Shown here one piece after another: positions 13,244 to 24,100 of a stretch of DNA of 64,000 nt. Under the pieces are notes generated by a model, which saw only the letters and a list, made by a program, of their open reading frames with translations, searched no databases and was not told the origin of the DNA. The translations under genes were made by a program, and so were the position numbers. Source of the DNA: Owenia fusiformis (Eukaryota). The stretch covers positions 11,036,001-11,100,000 of the forward strand of contig CAIIXF020000001.1 of the NCBI GenBank assembly GCA_903813345.2. The letters run 5' to 3'. Positions within the stretch are counted from its first letter, which is position 1, and each line of letters opens with the position of its first letter.

Positions 13244-13922
13244 TATTTTAGTCAAGAACAGCTACAAAATCACATGTTTAAGATTAAAAACATCAAAATA
13301 GATGAATACGTGCAATGTTGTAAAGTCAATAATGCCAGTTATTCAAAAGTAATACCATTTAAAGGATTCCGTCTGTAAATTAAGTCTAATTTAATTAGGT
13401 TTATAAATTTAGCTTACCGACTGACCGACTGGTCAGTCAGCTTTAATTCTGACTTAAGGTAGCGGTTAAGTTAATCAAAAGTACAAAAAATGGCAGCCAT
13501 AATTTTTGATAAAGTCACAAGATTTTGTATTTGTTTTTCCTTATATGTGAATACATTTCCTGACTAAAGAGATATGTCAAAGGAAACTTCACATTTAAAC
13601 GCATTTTTCATAACTATTAATTGGAGGTGCACGAAGACCGTAAAATGAGGCTAATTTTTGAAAGTTTCAAGGAGTAGCCTTGCAACAGTTACACATTTGC
13701 AAGAATCCAAAATTTCCACAAATCATCCTACCTTACCAAGGAACATCGAAGGAGCATGAAAATGTGTATTTCTTGCATAGTTAGAGTATTGTAAACATTT
13801 GCAGAATATGTTACTCGAGCATGCGAGGCACCTTGCCATTAATTAATTCTGTATTCGCCACTAATGATCACGTGCTTTAGTAACATGATCATCATTAGTA
13901 ACATTAGAAAGGTATGGCTAGC

Positions 13923-14589
13923 GATTTTAGACGGTCATATCGTTCACCATGAGTACTTTCTTGGCATAAATACACTTGGTTTTTATTAAAACAATATGTT
14001 TTCTTTCAAGTGAAGTCCCCATGATAGTAAAATATCAATCCAACACACTGAAATTTTGGGGATTATGACCCCACCCTGTCACTTTTTAAAAATGTCAGGC
14101 TTATTTTCTAAAAAGAAGATTTTGTTTTTCTCAATTTAAACATATCAAAAGTTTCTTCTACACTATATTAGTAACTTCTGAAAAGGGGATGTGTATTGAA
14201 ATGTGATAAAGTTGAAAACCACATATCCCATGTTATTTTCCCATCTCATGCTATCCATTGTTTTCAGCAAAAGTTTGGTCATTGAAATTTGATATCTTCA
14301 AAACTAAACTTTCAATACCATTCTACTTTTGAAGAAGTTTTAGACCCCTTGTTTAATAATCTTTTCATGCAATAAAAGTCAGAAAAAGAAGATCATATTT
14401 TGAATAAATAGGTTCAACAGTTTGAAAAAATTGTTGACATGGGGTCTCTATTCATAATTTGTCGATTGTTCGATTGATATTTTTATCATCATGGGGACTT
14501 CACTTGAAAGAAAACATATTGTTTTTATAAAAACCACTGTATTTATGCCCAGAAAGTACTCATGGTGAAAGATATGACTGTCTAAAATC
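13923..14589. mobile_element. MITE/foldback element with ~120-bp TIRs
   Basis: GATTTTAGACGGTCATATCGTTCACCATGAGTACTTTC...GAAAGTACTCATGGTGAAAGATATGACTGTCTAAAATC. Confidence 0.7.
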
Positions 14590-14643
14590 AGTTACACTGC
14601 ACATAGACCTTTGCATCATTAATATCTATATACGAATAATATA

Positions 14644-14867
14644 CAAGGTGGGCCATAAGAATGGGACACTTTGCATTATACTTAGAATTATTCAACGTCA
14701 TTAGAAATCTGGATTTCTTTGCTAAAATGGGTCTATAGTTCTCATGAAGATATGTATTTACTACAGTATAGCATGTTAAACATTTAAACTTCATGACATT
14801 GGATTTAGGTCGTATATTCATTTAATAAGAATCTTTGCGAATGTCCCATTTTTATTGGCTCATCCTG
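14644..14867. mobile_element. Tc1/mariner-type MITE
   Basis: TA|CAAGGTGGGCCATAAGAATGGGACA...TGTCCCATTTTTATTGGCTCATCCTG|TA. Confidence 0.65.
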
Positions 14868-15215
14868 TATATACATAATTAGCATCTTATTACACATCTT
14901 AGTTATCTTATGACGTGTCTCTTTACATCTCCCGGTCTAGAAAAGTCTAGAAGTAAAAATTGATTTTCAGGTGACTATTGGTTGTTATTTGCTCATTAGA
15001 ATTCATCTTAACGTCTCTGAAGTTATACATATGAATGGTATCGTAAGTTGTGGATTTGATATTATTTTACTGAAATCTAAGCCAATCGAAAAAAAGTATA
15101 GCTAGTTAAACACAATCGTGATTGGCCACTTCGGTTCATTAGTAATTACAGTACCTACTATTAGTTATGACATAAATAACTATATCAAATAGAAATTGAC
15201 AATAATATATTAAGA

Positions 15216-16166
15216 ATGGCTGCCAACATCCAAGAAGAGAGTATCAATGCAACAACAATCGGACCGGAGCCTATAATACCAACGTATGACTTAATAGCGC
15301 GTGCAGCGTTTGAATCCATAGTTGCACTTCTTATAATTGGAGGAAATAGTATCGTACTGGCCACTCTATTGGCATTTAGGAACTTGCGCACAATTAACAA
15401 TATTTTTCTTATGAGTTTAGCTTTAGCGGATCTCTTGATGGGTGGCATTGTATGCCCCCTAACTATCCACAGACGGTACTTGGTACCACTTTTGTATGGT
15501 GAACACACGCAGGATAGGTGGCTATGCGCATTGGGGCTGTATTTAAAGAGTGTTTCCCTTGGCGCATCTTTGTTTAGTATGGCCGGAATTGCTTTAGATC
15601 GATATATCGCAATCATGCATCCTTTGCGTTACAGAACTTTGGTAACCCGTCGAAGGGTTCGGGCATACATCATATGTGTATGGATATACATGCTATCTTT
15701 GTGTATGTTGTACTTCTTTAATAGATCTGGGTTTGAGGACACTTGCCGTATAAAACAAGTTACTTCAAAAGGTATGTTCGCCATAATTAAAGTCCATATC
15801 TTTATCGTGATGCTTTTGACTGTCATTTCACATACGGTAGTATCAATCCTTGCTCACAAGCATAGGACAAGGATCAATGCAGAGTTGGCGAGCTTCAGTA
15901 ATAACATGGCCGTGGCGCACCGTAATGAAAACAAAATTGCCAAAACAATGGCATTAATGGTTGGTGTTTTCTTACTGTGTTGGCTACCCTGGACAATAAC
16001 CTCGTTTATTCGATTGAAGGAAGAACCTGTTTGGTACAAATCATTCTGTTATTACACGACTACATTGGTAGTGTCGAATAGCGCAATGAATCCCTGGATT
16101 TATGCCACAAGACTTAAAGAATTTCGTAAGGCGATGGGGAAAGTTTTAAGGTGCAAATATAGATAG
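15216..16166 (+). CDS. Intronless rhodopsin-family (class A) GPCR, 316 aa, adenosine/aminergic-like orphan
   Basis: Seven hydrophobic segments; GNxxV, LALADL, C3.25, DRY, CWLP, NPWIY, and helix 8 (KEFRKAM). Confidence 0.93.
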   Translation: MAANIQEESINATTIGPEPIIPTYDLIARAAFESIVALLIIGGNSIVLATLLAFRNLRTINNIFLMSLALADLLMGGIVCPLTIHRRYLVPLLYGEHTQDRWLCALGLYLKSVSLGASLFSMAGIALDRYIAIMHPLRYRTLVTRRRVRAYIICVWIYMLSLCMLYFFNRSGFEDTCRIKQVTSKGMFAIIKVHIFIVMLLTVISHTVVSILAHKHRTRINAELASFSNNMAVAHRNENKIAKTMALMVGVFLLCWLPWTITSFIRLKEEPVWYKSFCYYTTTLVVSNSAMNPWIYATRLKEFRKAMGKVLRCKYR

Positions 16167-16229
16167 TACGCATCAATTCTGTTTGTCCAAATGAACGTTG
16201 ACATTGAATATATACATGAAGCCCGTCAT

Positions 16230-17495
16230 CACGGTGTTATAGCATGACGGTTACGACAAGGCGATTTGCAAAATTTTGCGGTAACGATAACAAAAAATGG
16301 CGGATGGAAAAGACAGCATGTCCTCTTTCTCGCCTGTAGGCAAGATTCACAGATAATATTTCCTTTTTAACTAGTTCCATTCGGTGACCTATATATGGAT
16401 GGTTATAAAGACTGGGTCAAATCTGCCAGGTGGTTTACTAGAAGCGGAATATAAGCTGTAAACTTACCGACTGAGATGTCCAAGTTCATATTTTTTAGTC
16501 CATTCTCATGATTTCTCAGTATATGTGCCTCAGAGCCACTCAAACTATTAACAGTAAGAAAACTGTGTATAAACAAGCCATAAAATGACAAATCCAGAGC
16601 AGGAACGTGGTCATATTGTAAATAATAAGGTTTCAAACGCAATGTTGTTAGACGACTACGTATGAATTCTATGGACGGTAACGCATTGTATTAGTCGTAC
16701 ATTAGATGTTAAGCGGACGGTTACGTGCATGTACATCTTTCAATTAAGTTAAGTTTGCTAGTTCTGATAGCCTATTTCCATGTAATTGTTATAATGGGTA
16801 AGAAATGGAATATTGAAATGCTTATATTTGTTTTCAGGACTCGCAAGAGACGCTTTTGTTTGAGCCTCTATAGGGCAAGGAAAAAATTATGTCTTGCTTT
16901 ATTAATGAAACCAATTTAAGTCAAAAAGATAGCAATGGAGAGGCAAGAGAAGAATTAGCATCAAGTACTGATGAATATGACAAAATTAATAACAATAAAT
17001 CTGGTATACATATTTGAACGAGGTTCGCGTAACCGTCAATCAATTTTTGGCGTAACCGCAAATTAAAAATACAATATTATGGCTTAAGTAGAACATATTA
17101 GGTGGTTTCCAATGCTCAATTGGCTTTTTATGATCGTATGTAGGTTACATCTATATACCCCGAGGTCGTTAGGCAATGTAGACCATCCCTAACGACAAAA
17201 ATAAACTAATTACTAAATTTTGTGTAGTTTTGAATTTCAAACTCAACAGTTTTTCGCTTATTTCATGTTATCCCCGGGCATCAATTTGTAAAGAATACGT
17301 TCAAAACATGCATTACTAAATGCATCACCGAATGCGATGTCTACAAAAATCCTCTCATTGATACACAGTGGAAGAAAATACTGCACCAACCTTAGTTTTC
17401 TGTTCCATCGCGGCCATTTTATTGGATAAATCAGTGATCGTAGTCGTCTAATCTCGTTTTCAGAGGTGTCGTAACCGTCATGCTATAACACCGTG
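16230..17495. mobile_element. Non-autonomous Transib-like DNA transposon (1266 bp)
   Basis: Perfect 29-bp TIR CACGGTGTTATAGCATGACGGTTACGACA; exact 5-bp TSD GTCAT (16225-16229, 17496-17500); internal GACGGTTAC/GTAACCG repeats. Confidence 0.75.
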
Positions 17496-17500
17496 GTCAT

Positions 17501-17970
17501 CGATTCTGTTAGTCTAAACAAACATTAACATTGAATGTATATAGCTCGTCGTCGATTCTGTTAGTACAAATGAACATTGACATTGAATGTATATAGCCCG
17601 TCATCTATTCTGTTAGTACAAATGAACATTGACATTGAATGTATATAGCCCGTCATCTATTCTGTTAGTACAAATGAACATTGACATTGAATGTATATAG
17701 CCCGTCATCTATTCTGTTAGTACAAATGAACATTGACATTGAATGTATATAGCCCGTCATCTATTCTGTAAGTACAGAATAGATGATGGGTGAACATACA
17801 AATGAACATTTACATTGAATGTATATAGCCCGTCATCTATTCTGTAAGTACAAATGAACATTGACATTGAATGTATATCGCCCGTCATCTATTCTGTAAG
17901 TTCAAATGAACATTGACATTGATGGTACATAGCCCGCCATTGATTATGTAAGTCCAAGTGAACATTCACA
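17501..17970. repeat. 52-bp minisatellite (~9 copies); first unit at 16170-16229 split off by the transposon
   Basis: Unit GCCCGTCATCTATTCTGTTAGTACAAATGAACATTGACATTGAATGTATATA. Confidence 0.9.
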
Positions 17971-20900
17971 TTTAGCTAATTGTACAGGGTGGTTCAAAAA
18001 TTCGCGTGATCACAGGGTACGTACCAAATTAAGCATGACAGTTGAACGCGCAGGGTACCGTGCAACACTTAATACAACACTTTTCAGCATGTGATACAGG
18101 AAATATTCCACAAAAGGTAACACTGTATCATCCACGAAAGCGGAAACCCCAACCATGCGATAAAACGTAAGCTTGTATTGTAATGCGCCTAACTAAGACG
18201 TAGATATGGTCCTGGCACTGGGGTAGGCGCGGTCCCGGGGCGTGGTAGGCCTACTCGATAACAAGTATTCGTCATCCTAAGGTGTACTACTTATTCCCAG
18301 TAGCTTAGCTACATGTACGCACAGGCGTACTCTCACATTTTTAAGAAAATGAAGTTTCCTAGATCATTACAATTGAGATGAAAAATAAATGTCACAAAAA
18401 CATAGAAATGTAAATTTAAAAGTCTCGTAAATCACAATGTTTGATTTCTTTTCGAGTAAGTTGCATTATAGTTGAATTCTACAACAGCAGAAAGATAAAG
18501 GATCCGTCACTATAAGTATATAAAAGTGTCCCCAGAGCTTTCATAACCATTATGACATGTAATATTGTATTTAGTAAGGAGTTAATTATGGCATAGTGTT
18601 CAGCAGGTACATCCTAAGTGTTATTGAGGTAACCGTGACCTTGTAAAGGTCAAGTCAGTGCATATCTGCAAATCAAACATTCTTGTGTGCAAAATAATCA
18701 TTTATGAAATCTAAAATGCGAATATGATTATGATAAAGAATGTTGTTAAGAACAATTTTGACCTTAGCCTTTGAACTTTCGAAAGTAGGTCAAACTTTCA
18801 AATTTCACAATTTTTGTTTTTATTTTTTTATTCGGGTCCATTGATTTAACTGTTTAACAGGGGGATATCATCATATATCAATATGATGATATCCTTGTGT
18901 TTAGCCAATTATTCAAAATTTCAAATAAGCTTGTGGTAATGCTCCTTCTAACCCTGGGGACACCCATATTTTGACATCTAGGCAGGTTACCAATTGCCCT
19001 TTAGTCATTATTCAATAGTATAGGTAAATTCATAATCCACAGCACTAGTATAGTCAACATCCAAAATCATGTGGTATATTTTTGGTTCAACTTCACTTTT
19101 ACAGCCAGTTGGTCGTGTTACTTTGTCCTTGCATATACTAGTATATGTATGCCCTGTGCTTACAGTGCTGTAATCACGAATGAAAATCATCTTACAAGCT
19201 GCATGTACATGTAGGTAGGTACAAAACTAACACTGAAAAGCAAAAATAATTTAAGTAATTTTGCATCTTGTCTTTCGATGCTATAGGGAGTCTAAGGATT
19301 AATATAAGTATATATAAGTGAATAATTTACCATGACTACTCAACACTCTGTTCTTTAAATATGAATACAAAATAGAACTGGAAATAATCTCCTGGTATAT
19401 ATCTCTAATTTGAATGTGCTCTCCTCAAATAACGAACGTAATCTGAGATCTATTACATAGAATTAATTAATGATCTAATTAAGGAAATGATTTTTGGACC
19501 ACTCTGTAGTTGATATCAAAAGCATTAGGCCTAACAATCATCGTTTTGATGTGACCATATTTACTTTGAATCGGATAAATAGCAATGATTGGTGAGTGCA
19601 GAGATCCCAGAGATAGACGTCTTTGGTGAATGTGTATGGCTGGCCAAGTGGTACATAGTTTCGTCGTTATGTTTACGACCGTAAGGTCGTAAATGTACGA
19701 CCGCAAGAACGTAAATATACGACCATAAGGTCGTTTATTTAAAAATCTAGTTTTCATGAATACTATTGTTTTTGCTTTTTAAAATAAAAATGATAGAACA
19801 AGACACACAGCAATGAATTGCTCTCAGGGTACATAGCACCAAGTAATTTACATACCAAGTCATATCCTTCAGAATTATATTAAAGCTTCATGTACATTAA
19901 AACTGACTGAATCCCACGAACGAAATTTATTTCGATGTCAAGACAACAAGGCATTGGTTTCCCAGGTTTCAAACTCAATATTTTCCGCCAAAAAGTCCAA
20001 ACAATTTGTCTAAACTGCAAGGAGAGGGGCTAATATTCTAGCAATATTGACATCAACATTGAAAATGTTGTTATCTGACATTATAACTGCCTATAAATTC
20101 AGAAACTCACCGTTGTTAGGCTATTCCGGTGTGCCGACATTGTCGGGCAAAAGTTTTGTCGGTCTTTAAGAATAATACGTAATTATGGTTTGATTTTTCA
20201 GTTGTTACAAAATGGGTAAAAAACGTTGCCTACGATTGACATGTATTCAAAATCAAATTATATAAATAATTTAAAGCTACATATATGGTCGGTCGGTATT
20301 TTCGGCAAACCATTATGATAATTGAATAATTTAATTAAATGACTGTAGCCTAGGTCATCGTGTTTGAATTCCCGGATCTAATTTCAGATGTGCAATGCGT
20401 TTTCATTACAATCCATTACTTACTTCGGTCCAAAGCCTTCTCTATATTCGACTCGAGTAATCCATTACCAATCTACCTGTATATTGATTTCCAGTTAAAA
20501 TTTTGACCCCCATACCGGCATGCCCCCGTCTAGATCCGGTTTTGAGTGAATCAGAAAAAACAAACACATCCAAATAGCAATCACAAGGGTCTGAAGTAGC
20601 CTACCATCGGATTTCATTCAATCAGGGCAGAGATTGATGTGCGTCAAGATTGACAGTGTTATTGACTACTTTAGCATACATTGTGTATTTTCTCATTTTT
20701 ATCCTTGAATAATAGCTATTACATATATTGTATAAAATGTATTAGATATTTGTGTTTGTTATCACTGCAAATTGGTATGTCATCCCTTTTTATGCCCATA
20801 AAATGTAAGTATACATTTTCCAGCAAACAAGTTGTTTTTTTGAGTTTGTGTTTGTTTTCCTTGTTCCCTTGCATGATTTGGATTATGCCAGGATGCAAAA

Positions 20901-21038
20901 CAAAAGATCTACTTCTTATGGCCTAACCCCGATATCATGCGGACCATGACTTTCAAGTGCCGCGGGCCTTGGATTTTCTAAAACGAATAATGACGTTTAG
21001 TTGCTCTCTGTCTCGCGTAAGCGAAAATGAAACTCAAA

Positions 21039-21048
21039 TCTCGCGAGA
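21039..21048. promoter_or_regulatory. TCTCGCGAGA palindrome (CGCG/BANP-type promoter element)
   Basis: Exact 10-bp palindrome ~80 bp upstream of the ATG at 21130; half-site TCTCGCG at 21011. Confidence 0.5.
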
Positions 21049-21129
21049 TGTCATCAATGAAAATGGAAATGTCAAATGAGTCAAATAGTTTCTTTAATTG
21101 CAGTTTAGGAGTGATTTTAAAGTTATAAA

Positions 21130-24100
21130 ATGGAAACTACACCGACAAAGGAAGTAGTAGCTCGGGTAGAAGTGCATGCGCCTGACAAAGGACCAGTATC
21201 TTCATCAAAAAGTAGCAAAAGTTCACAGAAACCGTCTGAAAATTTTGACAACAGTGATGTCCAAGATCCACTTCCTAGTTATCCAAGTATCAACAACTCT
21301 GAAACTGAGGGTCAGTTTCTCAATACAGTTCCACCATCACCTACGAGATTGACGAGAGACTTTAGAACGAGGTCTGCATACAGTGCTTGATAATTCACTG
21401 AGGTTTCAATATTACTCAAGCATAATAAAAACTTGGGGGGTGGGGCTTTTCAACTGTGATAAATGTCACACTACTTCAAAGCAAAGCAACCAGTTGAACC
21501 TAAAAATAAGAAATCTAACAATTATTGTGCAATAATATATGGAAAACATATTCGTACTGCACAGAAATGACATTTGTTAGTCTAGCTACAATCAGAGTCA
21601 GGGTTTATGACTGAGGTTGACACCGTCCTATTTAATGTATTGGCATTTAATCAAATTGCCTATATCATCATTGAAGCATGATGATATTCTGCGTTTGTCA
21701 CTTATTAACAACAATAATATTGTTTCAGGCAGATACAGCAGCGAGGCTCACGAGGGAGACTTGATCGTGACTCCATCTCCAACAATTACTATGGAGATTC
21801 TGTTGAAGTGGGCCACAGGCCCCCAATGTTCCAGCAGGATTACATCAGCCCTGAAAAACAAATGCACACAATCCGACAGTCGCGTCGCATTCCTCGTTGG
21901 ATATGGATTCCTTTGGCTAAGTCACTGGGCATTAAACTGCAAGAATTGGACAAGCCATGGCTGGGATTAATCATGTTTGTTCTAACATTAACATTTGGTT
22001 TTGGATATGGGATCACACTCATTTGGTATACCTTTTATGATATTAAGAGCGAGTATACAAAATCGACAGTTTTGACTGGCACTGTGTCCATCATCATTGG
22101 AATGATATGGTGTTCATTGGGGATCTATGCTAACCACTTGTCTTACGTCTTGTTCAGCAATTCAAAGTTTCTAGACAGTGTTAGAATGCACAGTAAAACG
22201 ATATTCAAGTTGAGCTCCGCTATGCTGATGATGATTTTAAGCACAACTTTCATCATAATGAACAATGCAAAAAATGTGAACATTCTGGATGAAAGCTTCT
22301 GTGGGAAAGTCAGCCTGAACCCTATTGTTTGCTACTTCTTGTACGGGTTCAGAGTTGGTTTTTCAATATTTGCACTACTTTGGAACATTATGGTAGCAAC
22401 AGTGTTACTCAGCGTATGTCGTACCCATACAATAGGTAATAACTCCACTCATCAAATTGTTGTTAACTACACATTAATGTTTGCTTGTTAAAGGGAGTTG
22501 TTAGCTGGTCATTAGCACTTTGTTTTTTAGAATACAAATTAGTTTGTTTTGACAGTACAAAGAAATGTAGATATTAATTATTATTATGGATCATCTTTCC
22601 TCAAAATATTAGAAGAATTAAAGGAAGAACTGCAGAAGGGATAGTGAGTCACTGTTAAATGTTGGAATGAGCTTGATCAAAACGCATGCCAATGTTTTCC
22701 TTCCCTTATAACTCAAATTTTATTTTCTTTAAAAATGCTTAAGATATCTGATTGAGTGCTGTTTGATAATCAATTTCTATCACCCTTTAGCCTCCGTACT
22801 TAATTTGATATTATATGATATCTGTGCTATTTAACACAGACTGTATTGTACAATATTAATAACATTTTTAGGAATTCGGCGATTTATCAAAGAGCTAGAG
22901 GAGGATGGAAAACTTATTGAGACTCTCCGCAAACAACGTTCAATGAACTACATGGACCAGGGAGACAGCACTGATGATGGTATGGAAGGTTATATCTCCT
23001 GCAGAAGTGATGACATATATGTCTTCGATATGTCTTCAGCTTTTTTGTGGGTGTTATTTTGTGGTTGGTGTTTGGCATTCAGCGTCTGTAATGTTGGTGA
23101 CATTTTGCATGTTAATGCCTTGTTAATATTTTCCACAATACAAAGTATACTGTATAGTATGTGTTGGCTAACAAAAACTAATCAGAAATATGAGGTGTCG
23201 TTGTGAAATTTTTGGGATAATTTGGATTCCAAATTTTATTGCATTTTGCATCTTATATAAAAGTAAAAAGGCATTTCTATTGTAAAAGAGGTAATCATGA
23301 GAAAGGATCAGGACAACTTTTTTGATCTGATAATGTATGCATGTAATGTGTTTTTAGAATGGTTGTGGGATGATGATCTACTGACCAGTGTACCCACCAG
23401 TGATTTTGCCACCAGTGGAAGGCATAACCCTATTGCCAGCTCTCTGCCAGCCACAGTGCCCTTGCAACGGCAGGTTTCTCAGACCAGTAATCCACATGCA
23501 CAGGTACATTATTTTTTCATGACTGTATTTCCAAACTGACTAATTAATCGTTGACAATAGTAAATAATTGTCAATGAACCCAAAAACAATGAATGTCTGT
23601 TTACAAATTGCAATTTTAATTTATGTTCATTACAATTGTATGTTTGTCATGTTTGTTTATAAAGGTAATGTTACATTTATTTTTATTTTGACTTCTTACT
23701 ATAGTAAAACCTATGTACATGTACAGTGAACATGGAACTACAAAAATGTGTTCACTATAGGCAGGTGTTCACTACAGAGAGGCAATTGTATACAGAAATC
23801 GGTGGATTATATGCTGAGAAGAGGTGTTCACTAGTCACATGTGTTCACTAGAGAGAGGTGTTCACTAAGACAGATTTTACTGTATATGTACATTCAAATA
23901 TTTTTTTATGTCTGCAGAGAGCTCACAGCTCAGGAGGTGTTACAATACAAGCTTCAAGTAGACCTGGGGCACAGTCTTTATCCTCAATGAACAACTTGTA
24001 CATTGACCCAAATTCACCTCAAGGTCAGAGGTCAAGGCTGAGTGAATCTTTGAGTAATGAGCCAAGGTCATCTCCTGGAGCTCAATCAACTCAAGTTGAA

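Noticed and set aside
15216-16166. GPCR as an opsin or a biogenic amine receptor
   Set aside because: Position 7.43 is Val rather than Lys, and 3.32 is Lys rather than Asp.
16237-16300. Full RSS (heptamer-12/23 spacer-nonamer) in the Transib-like TIRs
   Set aside because: No ACAAAAACC-like nonamer at 12 or 23 nt from the heptamer at either end.
17501-17970. Regular repeats resembling a CRISPR array
   Set aside because: Contiguous 52-bp tandem units with no unique spacers, eukaryotic context and no cas genes.
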